Shown: piece by piece, positions 1-12,534 of the stretch | How the letters are laid out: each line of letters opens with the position of its first letter | Numbering within the stretch: position 1 is the stretch's first letter | Assembly (NCBI GenBank): GCA_964057225.1 | Contig: OZ059898.1 | Location: 4,464,001-4,528,000 of the forward strand | DNA from: Auanema rhodensis | Lineage: Eukaryota; Animalia; Nematoda | Length of the DNA stretch: 64,000 nucleotides | Direction: 5' to 3' | Notes under the pieces: generated by a model | The model's database searches: none | What the model was told of the DNA's origin: nothing | Seen by the model: only the letters and a program-made list of their open reading frames with translations | Program-made: the position numbers and the translations under genes

Positions 1-1071
1 GATATCTTTATTTTTTAAATTATTTTGTATATATAATTATATATTATATTATTATATATATTCATAAGTTTTTAATAGAAATTCAAATTCAAATTTCATA
101 TGATATTTGTTGTTGTCTTTCGAGTAACCTGATGGAACATGTATCTAATTAGGCTAACAAATTGTCTGATTGCAAAACGAATACTTAAATTCAGCCTGTA
201 TGCGAGATCACAATCATCAAGCAGAGATATAAATTAGTGGGCAAATGAGAGAGAGAGAGAGAGAGAGTCAGAGAAATAGATATAGAGAGAGGGATAGAGG
301 GATATAAAGAAGAAAATGTGGATGTGACCTGAGAAGGCCGTCGTTCACAGAATGAAAGTAGTGAGTGTGTTGCGTATTGTATCCAGGCCGTTTTCGCTTT
401 CCCGTAGATGGTTCGTCGGTTGCTGCTTTGCATCGACGTTATTGTCGCCGTGGGCCGTCAGTTAGCCATTACTTCAGCCACGACCACATGAAGATATCCC
501 GAAATGGAGCTCGATATGACGCAACAACAATGAATAACAACATTCTGACGATCTCACACAAACATTATAGATATATTAAAGAAGGGACTAAGAAAATGGT
601 TAATGTTCAAAACTTAAAACATAAATATTATAGTTTAATAATTAAATAATTAGAAATATAGTAATATTTATATAATAAAAGAATATATTATTATAATATA
701 ACTTATAATATAAAAAAAACTTTTTATAATTTATTTCCCCTTATATCTAAATTATAAAATATTGTATTATTAAATCAAATATATATATAATACAATTATA
801 ATTATTATCAAAATAAGGATTACAGTATTTGAATGTTTCATAGTTTTTTCTTTGGAATATTTGATCATATTTCATATTCTGTATTTGACTTTTACATCAT
901 TACGTCATCACATTTAACGGATTGACCATCATGAGTTCACGCATCAAGCTGAACAATCAAGAAACAAAATATTTCTTTTACTATACTACATCTATAATAA
1001 TAATATTATTTTTTTATTATTAATATAATATTTTTTCTTTTTGATTAAAATAATAATAAAATTATTTTAAA

Positions 1072-1073
<2 letters not shown>

Positions 1074-1108
<35 letters not shown>
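1074..1108. repeat. (TA)n microsatellite
   Basis: Perfect TA run. Confidence 0.95.
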
Positions 1109-1112
<4 letters not shown>

Positions 1113-3008
1113 AATATATATATATTTCCCTCATAATTTTATATAAACATACAAGTTGTAGTTAAAAAAATATTTTTTATACTGGTCAGTATCCGGTTTT
1201 TCTTACATTTTCATTTGGTTTAAAATAAAAAAATAACCCGCATGTTTTGAAAGCAAAGGTCTGTTTTCTCCTCACATAATATGCACAAGGTTTATCTCTA
1301 GAGGAAAAGCCGATTGACACATATTAGAGACCAGCCAGCTCATGTACTCCAAACTAGGCCAAATGCATTTGAACGGTTTTTTTTGAGATGAGGCTTGATT
1401 CTACCTTTAGGATTATTGCAAAACTTTCTCTTGCCTCTCCCTTTTCATGTCCACTTTCATCCAATCTTTTCCTCAAAGCATATCTCTTTAGTCGTCCTGA
1501 CTACCGTAGTCTATATAGTTAATACCGTTGTGTCAATGAATTGTACATGAGTTGTAAGCATATAACAATAAAGGAAAAGAAGAAAAAAGAAAAAAGAAGC
1601 AATAGAAAAGAAGATTCAAGTAACTAGACATTTTCTTTTTTTTTCCATACCTTCATAGTTACATTCAATCTTGTCTGCTTTTTTCAATCCTCGAACTTCT
1701 GAATCAAACCTAATCTCCTTATCGTATATTCTTTTAGCCATTTTAAACTTTTTACTCTTTATCTTTCTTTTCTCTCATAGATTGTTGTCATGAAATTAGA
1801 CCTGTTAGTCGTTTGAATAAAACTAGTCAGATTATCAAAAGTCTGATGAGCCACATTCCATGACCTGTCCCTATGATTCTGATACGAGACAAGGCATGAA
1901 GTAGTAGCAGTTAATGTGCTAACTACCTGATACAAGCAGATTTCCAGTTAGACCAGATTTTAGTTTGTCATGAGTTGTTCGGTCATTTTTAAAGTTTTGA
2001 CCACAAAAAGGTTCATCAAAACATATATTATTCTCTCATCATTTTAAGAAGCTTAAAAGTATATCAAATAATTGTATAATTCTTGTTTATTTACTAGTGA
2101 CAAGTCTACGAAAGACAACAAATAGGAAATAATACATAAAAATGTAGAAAATAGAAGATTAAATTGAATAAATTTATATTCTTTTCAATCATCTTCATTT
2201 CATATTGTTTCACTTTTAAGCTTTTTTTATACATATTGATGAGTGACCACTCAAAATGACTTTTTGTTTGCCAAAATTCTCACGAAATGATTTGTCCCAA
2301 TCGTGCAATGAACAGGGTAACCTCTCATCTCACTTAAGATATTAACTAATAAAAATAATTAAATATAATATTAAATATAACTAAATTTATATTATTATAT
2401 ATTATTTTAGTTTATTTTAAATGTATAAAAACTGATGATTGAACATACTTGATGATGTTCATGACCCATACTTGTATACTTGTGTCTCAAGTTATTTTTT
2501 CTTTTTTCAAAAAGTATGGAAATGTAACATTACGTTTTCGTTTCTTTCTTTTGTATTTGCTTTACGATCATCTATCCAGAGCCTACGAAATCAACGACAT
2601 ATCGTCCGGTCATTCCGGACGGAAAAGCGTGGAAAATTATGTATTGTAAATAGTACAAGGGACAAACGTTTTCTCTCAGTTTCCTTTTTTTCACTAAATG
2701 TCTTTTTTTCTTCTTTATCTCCTCTTTCTATTATATTTACGTGTAATATTCAAAGAGAGTATTATGTACAATGAAGAGAATTGAGAGAAAAATAGATAGA
2801 AGAAATAAAGGAAGTTCAGAAAAGGAAGATTTCAAAGATAGATAAACAAACATATCGGACCAGGCACCATCAGTCATTTTTGGCCAAAAGGTTTAAGCTC
2901 GTCATGCATTATACGAAAGTCATTAGGTCATCTAGATCATCAATGAACTATACATATGAATGATAAATGTTAAAATGTACATAATATAAACAATAAACAA
3001 ATATTTTA

Positions 3009-3013
<5 letters not shown>

Positions 3014-3047
<34 letters not shown>
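3014..3047. repeat. (TA)n microsatellite
   Basis: Perfect TA run. Confidence 0.95.
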
Positions 3048-3050
<3 letters not shown>

Positions 3051-4926
3051 TAATATTAAATTATAATTATAATTTCCTCATCTCTATCTTTACTATATTT
3101 TCTTCTAAATTGATCCATATTTTCATTTTATCCTTTCATGAACTGTTTTCTTTATTTGCTACCAAACTGTCCTTCTTCCGTCCTCATTGACGGGGGACGT
3201 CCTCCATTTGCTATTTTACGTACTCTTCCATCTCTCAGGCACTTTCTTTGCTTTTCAATACTCATGTCAAAATCACTAAGAACTCTTCTAGTTGATATTC
3301 GAGTAGATATTCTCCTTTAACGAAAAATATAATTTTCTCCTTTTCAAAAACTTATTTCACGTATGATTTACGTATAGTTCACGTGAAAATATGCCTTAAA
3401 AACAATGCCATTCATCTTAATGTTTACGTGGAGAATGGTTGTGCATTTGGTTTTATCAAGGCTACAGTATATTTTTGTTTCTTCATTTACTCCATGTTTT
3501 ATTACTTTCATTTTCCCTCTGGCTATCTGATGAAAAGGGAGGAGCGCCGGATGTAAGCTCCGATTTTTCTTCTCCCTCTCTCTCGTTTCCCAACTTCTCT
3601 CTTTATATCTCTCTATTTTTCTCTCTTTTTTTCTTTTTTTTTCTCTTATTTCTCTTTCCCTATTCCATAGCCCGGAAAACGCCCCAGTCCTTTTTCAGCA
3701 ACGTCCACGGAGCCCTGTGCGTCCGTAGTTCTTGTCCTTACTTCCGTGTATGATTACCAAAAGAGTTCTAAATAGGAATTCTTTGGAGGTTTAGAAGTGA
3801 AGCATCAAGTTTTTATTTTTAATTAGTACATTCATTATCTGGAATACTTATATCTATTCAATTATCATATGTATCTTATATTCTTAATATTCTGTTGTTA
3901 TATATATCAAATTAATAATAACTATTTATGTATAACTTAACAGATATATTATACCCAACCTTTAATATAAACCTCACAGTCTCACACCTTCTTTCTCGTT
4001 TATTTATTTCCTTTTTTGATTGTACATTACTGAGCTGCTGCTGTAATACAGACGCCTGGGATGAAATCCTCATCTGAGCAACTTCTATTGAAGAATCTTC
4101 TTCAACATTATTTCAAGGCAGAATCTTTTGAACATCATTGCGTATAAACATAATTTGTAGTTTATACATCAGTTCATTTTTGGCTTTTCTGATCCGACAA
4201 CGACCTGTGAACTGAACTGTTTCACGTTTTCACCCAATAGCCAGTCATCTTTTCTCAATCATACATCGCCTGTTCTCTCGTTCAACCCGCATCAACACGG
4301 TAACGGCGAGGACGACAACGGATTATCTTCTCCGCTCTGAAGCAACTGCAGCATCATCAGCAACAATGTGTTGACGGCGATCCATATCCATACACGACCA
4401 CAACCACGTCTACGTACAGCATCAGCATCAGTCAGCTAACAACATTGTAGAGGAAGACCGACGTCCGCCCTCTCTTCTCCTTTCCAATTTCGTTTCTTTC
4501 CTATCGTCTCATCGTTTTGGTACGCTCTCGCACCTCTTTTCGCTCTTCGTGAAATCATCAATCCTCCTGAAGATAGAGAGAGAGACTGTAGGAGAGCATC
4601 AGGACATCCGACGATTAGGACGACATCGAAGACCAGGACGACGACCTTCTTCTATTCATTTTCATTTCAACCAGCTGCTTTCACCGTCTTCCGCTGTTTC
4701 TGTTTCACTCTTACTTCTAATACCATTGAAGTTGATCTCTAGATCATATAATTAGCAATAATTAACCAGTATGATCGTTTATAGTTAATTCTAATTCAAC
4801 TACTTATTTGTTTATGTTTTATAATTTTCTCTCTATCTTTCTAACTTAAATGCTTATCGCTCTTGATATTCGTCTCGTCAAATTTTAAATAGAAAACTTT
4901 GGTTACAGCAATAATCTCCATGTAAA

Positions 4927-7319
4927 ATGAATGAAGATGCTTCAAGAACGTACGAGAAGGATCAAGCAGATGTCTACAAGTTTGACATTTCGACTCATCG
5001 CCTTCCTGGCTCATCCTTTACCAGTTCTGAGTCACCAGAATCTACACCCTCATCACCACTCGTAGAGCCTGATAGTAATACAATATGTAAAATATCAGAC
5101 GGTGTCCCTTCTTCCTTAGCTACTTCTTCCTCATTAATTATTCATTCTTCTGTGCCTGAACCTCGAAAGAAGAAACCGTACAAGGAACTAACACTTGAGG
5201 AAAAAGTCCAGCTCATTCGTTTGGCTGAAGATAATGCTGGTCTAAGTCAAGCTGCAATAGCTGAACGTTATAAGATTGCCAAAAGCAATGTTTGTCGAAT
5301 ATTGCAGCGGAAATCTGAATATTTGACTGCATATGAATCAGCTGGTTTTGCTGGAAATCGCAAGCGAAAGTTGAAAGCAGAAGATCACAAAGCTTCTAAC
5401 TCTTCATCCGTTAGCTTGACTACAACAGCAAACTCATCATCACATCATCACCATGGGCAGCCAACAGTTGCAACACTACTTGATGCACATCAACTTCCAC
5501 ATGTAACTTCCACAGCACAATCATCTATACCATCCAATGGTCTTCTAGTTCCAGCTCCTCTTCCTTTTGACGGTATGACTTGAAAAAGATATTTTAGCAT
5601 GACGAATTTAATCATTCGTAATACATTATTTTAACTAAAAACATAGAATCTCTAATATTCTGATTTTTCTTCTTTTTCTTTCTTTTACAGTTTGCGAACT
5701 TATTTTTTATTTGTTCAATCTCTCATCCAATCATCATTGCACGGCCACAAATAATATCCTTTTTCTTTAACTTTTGTGACATTATGTGTACTTTGACAAT
5801 TTTTTAATTGAAAAAAACAAAAATTGACAAACAATGATCTTTTGTTTTATCTGAAACTTGCGAACTCATAATAAGTAACATTTACTTACATCTAGCAACT
5901 TAACCAAGGTTGTCAAATTATATTAACGTTTTTACAATAAAAAAAACTCAAAAAAACGAAGAAACGACCCAGTTACGTACATATTGTTTCATTTCACTAT
6001 TAGTCTTAACCCCAAATTTTGCTAATATACAGAAAAAGTGATGAAAACTACGACACACATTATGTCCTTGTTTTTTCATAGTATTTTTGATGAAACTTGT
6101 TGACGTTCAATGATCGTTTCCCGGACATTTTTCTTTAAAAAATAAAAATATTTAAAGGAAAAGCCTAATTCTTTATCTCTTTTGTCCTTCACTTTCTGTT
6201 TCCAATTGATTTGAAAATCTGAATGATTACGGAAAAATCTTGGGGGGTCAATCTTGATCATCTTTTTTGGCCGATTGTCCTCCTTAGTCGTTTTTTGTTG
6301 CTTCTTTCTTAAAATTATCTGATAAGTTTTCATCATTTATGAGAACATTTAGAGATAAAAGATAGAAAATAAAGAAAAGATATTAGATTTATATATAATA
6401 ATTTTATAATAAAATATTAAACGAGTGGGTGAAATATAGTTAGAAAAGAAAATTGAATAATCAGGATAAAATATATTATATTATTATCATTTAATAATAT
6501 TGATATTAATTTAAATATTGTCTGATAATGTTGATTAAATGCCATTAAAACTTTTTTTTCATATATTTTCTATTTTTCAAACATTTTTAATATAATTATT
6601 ATTATAAAATATATAATAAATATAAAAATATTTTTTAACTAAAATTATTTATTTTTAAATTTTTTTCAATTTCTTTTGCTTCTTCAATCCAACAATCTCT
6701 AATAGGCCAATAATTTCACTTTCAATCCGTTTCTTATACGTACTGTTTCCTCTTTTTTCAATTTTAACCCCTCTGACCCTCTTGTTCTCTCATTCTGGGT
6801 TATGTCAAGCATGAAATTTTTTGATAAGTTTTCGATTTCAAGCGAAAACTACGTAAAACCCCTGAGGGCAATCACGACATGACACGAGTGATTTCACAGA
6901 AATCTAGTAATCTTTTCTCATGAAAGCACTTTTCTATCAAGTATTTTCTTTTCTAAATTGATTGAGTGATTAGATTAATCAAGATTTCTCTCTAATATTA
7001 CATTAGCGAGATTAAAACATAAAAAAATAAGTTTATAAACATTTTATTTAAAAAATTATAATTTATATATTTCATTTTAGGTAATGAAACTCTTCGAGCA
7101 CATATGTATAAACAACATCAAATTTCTCGAATGTTTATGTGTAGATGTTGTAATTGGGCATTCCCTGATAAAACCAGCCTTCATATGCATATTCAAGTAA
7201 GTAATTATGAGTTTATAAGATCAAAACAGCTTTTTTATTATATTTTAAACAATTTCAAGATATAGTGTTTGATGTGCTTAATAGGAATTAAATCGGTGAA
7301 AGTTTAGAAAGAGAACGAA

Positions 7320-7398
<79 letters not shown>

Positions 7399-9295
7399 AA
7401 ACTTATGTGAAAGCCCGATGATAGGTTTCATCTAGATAGATCTTGGGAAACGTAGATGCTTTCTTGTTCATTCGTCCCAGATAACGAAACTTAAAACTTT
7501 CTAATTTAGTTGTTAAACGGCCTATATCTTATGCAACATAAAGAAACTTTTTCATATAATATATAAAATTAAGATAAAAGGTGAGATGAAGATATAAGCC
7601 TATACTATATATCTAATATATAAATTTAAGAATTTAAATAAAATTAATAGTTAATATTACATATTTATAATAAAGAAATGTATTATACATATATGTATAT
7701 GATTGAATATCCAGTTTCTATGATATACTTCACTTTCTATCCAATCTATCGAGTTGGGGTTAACGTTTATCAACCAAACAGCTAGATGAAGTTTGCTATC
7801 AAACATCTTGTAGTATGATCATCTATGACATCAAAGAATTTCGTTTCCGACACATCTTCTAAACAATAAAAAGATATTTTATAATTATATTATAAGAATT
7901 AAATAATTATAGGCACGAGAAGAAGGAAAATCTGTATCAGTACCTGTGATAGGAAAAGGAATGACAACTGATGGCTTAGCAATTGAAACAACTTCTTTTG
8001 CTCCTTTGCTACAAATTAATAATAATAATACAACAATTAATAATAATAATAATACTCATCATAATAATCATAATAATAATTCCACCTCGGCTCATGTTGT
8101 ACCTGCTTTAGCACCAGGTAATTCCTTTTTCGTTCAAATTATCAATCTTAATCTATATTTCTTATAGGATTATCAGCTGCTCCTCCATCAACATCTTTGC
8201 CTTTCTTTTCCGCAGTTGCTCCTCCAAATAGCTTGCCGACAGGATCGGATGAGCTTGGACGTCTCCGTGAACGTATTATGATCAATCAATTGATGAATCA
8301 ACATGCTTTCAATAATACATTCTCATGGCTTAATCAATTACCTAAGCCAATACCAAGTAAGATTAATAAATCTTTCTATATTAATATTGGATATATGTTT
8401 AAGCAACCCGCCCATTAGATTTATCTCAACATACTGATGCTGATGAGGATTTAGTTATCAATGTGGAAAAAGATATTGATAGTCCAAAGAGGGAAGATGA
8501 CGACGAAAAGGTTTTTACTATTTTCTAAATTAATTTATATTAATTTATTATTTTAGTTGAATATTTCTATCAGTGATTCTGAAGAACCAAAATCTGAAAG
8601 AACAAAAAGAACTGACAGTCCGTGTGAAAATGCCTGTTCATCTAGTACTGTTGGATCTTCACCCTCTCATACAGGCTCTTTACCATCACCTCTGAATGTG
8701 TTTAAAAAGTCTCGATCTTCACCAAGTGCTTTCCATCATCTGGTATGAACTTTCTTTGTTCTATTATATGAATTTTTGTCTTTTTTAAGAATGTAGATTC
8801 CCGGGCATTTATATCGGTGACATCTCCACACGTTTCACCCTCTGAAACGAATTCATCCATTTCTCCAGATGGTCAGGATAGGCCGGCTTGTTATGAATGT
8901 GCATTATATAAAACAAAACTTACAATGGCTGATAACAAATGTCGATATTTGGAAAGTCGAGCCAATACATTACAGGTTAGATTCTATTCGTATAATCATA
9001 TAATTATATTTTGTGATGTATAGGGTGAAACTGTTCGAGCTCAAACACAAACTGCTGCAGCAGAAACAGCTATTCGAGTTTTAGAGAATGATACACGTAA
9101 CTTACGGGAGCATACAGAAAGTATTCAAAGAAAGTTATTAGATTGTCAGGTATATCGTTTATATTAAATGATAAATATACAATATTAATATTACAGGAAC
9201 AAGCATTACGCTTTGTGCAATCTGATAAGACCGCAAATCAACAAGCTGTAGTCTTATTTTTGAATCAGTTAATACAATCAACGATTATTCGTTAA
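4927..9295 (+). CDS. Multi-exon transcription factor: CENP-B N-terminal/psq-type HTH, C2H2 zinc finger, C-terminal CxxC + coiled coil (possibly somi-1-like)
   Basis: Exon 4927-5572 encodes KKKPYKELTLEEKVQLIRLAEDNAGLSQAAIAERYKIAKSNVCRILQRK (HTH). A phase-1 splice to 7081-7196 gives GNETLRAHMYKQHQISRMFMCRCCNWAFPDKTSLHMHIQ (C2H2). Further exons from 7913 with GT-AG introns include CYECALYKTKL...LLDCQ coiled coil and end at TAA 9293-9295. An in-frame TAA at 4912 lies upstream of the ATG. The somi-1 similarity is recollection only. Confidence 0.85.
7322..7394. repeat. (GA)n microsatellite
   Basis: Perfect GA run of ~73 nt in an intron of the TF gene. Confidence 0.97.
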
Positions 9296-10035
9296 AATTG
9301 TATCCATCTTAACGCATTCTCATCAATATGAGGATTGCGTCATCTAGATGGGAACTCAGATATCATTATGAAAATGTTATTTTACAATGGATATCTGAAA
9401 TCATTATCATCATCATTCTATGGATATCATCACTATCGTTCCAGTTGTTCTCATCATCTCATCGTGGTTGTCTTCCAACATTCATATTAACTATGCGCTC
9501 AATTCATTACAACTTATTGAAGCTTCTAAAACCTACACTCCATTTAGAGTCACCTCATTATTTACAAATCACCTCATTCAAAATGTTCTTTCACAAACAT
9601 TCATATTAAGATTCGTAAAATAATCTTATATCTAGTTCCTTCATACAGATTCGATGTTTCTTTCATAACATCAAGTTATGCTTATGAACTATAATAACTT
9701 TGCCGAATTCTTAAACTCAATCAGCTTTCTATCTAATTATCTTCTTTTCAATTCCTTAAATCAGTATTCAATCTATGTGTTTCATATTGAATTGATATTA
9801 TCAATTCTTTACATTCAGATTATTGACGGTTATATTCACTTTGACTACTTGTATTTTGTTTTTTTCTGTGATATCATCATCCTAAATTCATAGCTTTCTT
9901 CGATTATGCTATGTTATCAACCTTACTTTTTTAATTTTTCATTATTATTCACTCTTTATCTTAATTTAGATTAATTTCTATTTTAATATTTCAAACTATT
10001 TTTTTCTTCTTCTTTTTCTTTTTCTTCATATGCAG

Positions 10036-10074
10036 CAGGAGTCTGCTCCAAGTCCGGGGATCGGTGTGCAATAG
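10036..10074 (+). CDS. Putative alternative terminal exon of the upstream TF gene, encoding (Q)ESAPSPGIGVQ*
   Basis: Long pyrimidine tract (~9999-10027), then a CAGCAG tandem acceptor (10033-10038), then a ~55-nt GC-rich island in otherwise very AT-rich DNA. In frame (phase 0) with the donor after 9149. Confidence 0.55.
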   Translation, partial: QESAPSPGIGVQ

Positions 10075-12534
10075 GAGGCCCGACTGAATTATACATATTT
10101 ATACATATATAATATTTAAAGGGTCTAATGTATATAGTATAATATTTTTTATTATTATTATTATTATTATTTATATACTTAATAATATATTTAATAGTAT
10201 ATAGTTGAAAACACTTATCACTACCACTTGTCTTTCGTTTTATCCTTGTAAATGATCATTTTAAAATAATATTATATGATAAAGACTTGTATGTAAATAC
10301 ATAGTATTCAATTGAATTTAATATAATTATTAGAATAACACCTTGTTACTAGTATAGATTCATATCAAAATTCTTTTTTTTTTGTTTCAAGACTCCCAAT
10401 TTGTCTTTCAAAACATTCTTTCTGTATAAATTTGAAGATGAAAATATTGTGATAAATAACCAACTGGCTTTCCCCAGGTGATTCAAATGATATTTCATTT
10501 AAACGAAAGAAGAGAAAAAGGTGAATAGTGACATATGCATAGCATGTTCGAAACTCCCTCCTCCTCCATTTTTGCCTTTTTCATCCTTTCTTCTCCTTCC
10601 TTTGATCCATCCTATCTTTGATTGTCATTTACATGGAGCTAATTTCTAACTTATTATACATATATGAGCCTTACTATATTGTGATGTGTAATATCTTTCA
10701 ATTTAATAAATAATTCTGGTCATTTTGTCTTTATAATATTTAAAAGAAAAAGTTTTTTTTTATAATATCAATATATAAAATGTTAAATGTATAATTCAAT
10801 AGGTAACATTGTTAAGATATAAAAAAAAATATTATTATTATTACATCTATCGAAATGTCATGCCGTATGTGATTGTTTCGTGTATACAAAGGATTTTAAA
10901 TCTCCTTTCGAATATATTGATCAAAAGATAGATATTGGTTTTTAATCCTACAAATAAATTGTTATCATACATTTATCTGTATTTATTGTAATATTTTTAA
11001 TTCTTGAACAACGTTTTAAAGTTCAAGTTCAATGTGTGGAGCTTTTTGCCATTTTGCTTTTCATTCATTTCTTTTAATCAAATGAATACAAATGTTATCT
11101 AAATATAAATTAGATCATTCGTCATTCTAAGATGTCAATTGTCTTTTAAATTTTGAATTTTTTAATGTTTATATCATTCATATATACGTTATATATATAT
11201 ATATTCTCATAGTATGAACATCGTGTGAAACTTCGCCATCTTCGTGTTCTTAAAGGGTGTATCTTTTTTTCTTCCAGATTTCTGTCCATGTATTGTCTAA
11301 AATACTACCGTATGGCATGGCTATTTTAATTCTCCCATAGTTTTTATAACATTGAATGTTACAAGAATGTTTTTTCTGAATACCTTTTTGAAAAAAAACA
11401 TTCAGTGTGCACTAGATTAGTCACATGTCTCCCTTTTATAGTATGAAAAGAAAATTAGTTACTGAACTATTCATGCTTTGACACCCAATGCACTGTTCAA
11501 TCTCGGTTCTTTCTTTTCTGGTAAATGCCTAATACAATTTTCTTTCTGCTCGTTTAACCAACATCATTTCGTAAAATATTAATATTTCTATTAGATTATC
11601 GTTATTAGCTTTGAGAATTACTTTGATAATATGAAACAATGTGAGAATGTTCTGTTATTAGTGTGAGTCTTCAATAACCTTTCATACTTCTTTCGTATTT
11701 ATCCTATTATAAAATTAATAAATATTCATTTATTGAAAATTCAAACCTCAACATTTAGTTTTAACTTAGAGCGTAGATATTTAAGATTTTAAAATTGAAA
11801 GGTGGTTGTTAACTAATAGAGCTAATTTTTTTTCTTTATTTATAATTAGTAAGAAACTAATTAATCTTTTTATTATTTTATAATTAATCTATTTTAGTTA
11901 AATACTATTCCTTTTACTACTACATCAATTTATAATATAATATTGATGTTAATGAAGAATTATATAAGAACATTTATTCTCATTTATTAAATTATCTTTT
12001 TACCTAAATTATGATGGCTTTTCAACATTTTATTTAACAAAAATATCTTTTATTGTTATATCTTTTAAATTTTGTAACATTATTCTTCTTTGTTTATTAA
12101 CATGAAGTTAAACATGTGAATAGTTTATAAATTATTTTTTAGATAATTTCGGGAAAGGTCATTATTGATTCGATGACATGAGCAATTTTATATTATATTC
12201 ACTTAAGAATTTAGTTGCAATAAAGTGCCATATCCTTGTCTCTCTCAAGTATAGCATATCCTTTTTTCTCCCATTTTCTCTTTTTGTTTTTTTATCTTTT
12301 TCTCTCTTTTTCTCTCTTTTACTATCTTTTTTCCTTTATATCTCTCTCTCTCTAATATTCTTTTTTTTTCTTTTTAATTTTTTTTTACTCAAATGTTGGT
12401 ACAATGTATTGCTTTAGTATACAAGTCATAATACTAACTAAAGTATTTTTCTTCAATATTCATTATTCTATAAATTGGTTTGTGCCTCATGTGTTATTAG
12501 TTTTTTCTCATAAAATCTATTTTTAGACATCAAT

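Noticed and set aside
2603-2621. Inverted repeat CGTCCGG-5nt-CCGGACG
   Set aside because: A single 7-bp stem with no other support; could be chance or a binding site.
191-4755. Short ORFs upstream of the first gene
   Set aside because: Low-complexity F/L/S/I translations of CT- and AT-rich regulatory DNA, with no splice-consistent chain or motifs.
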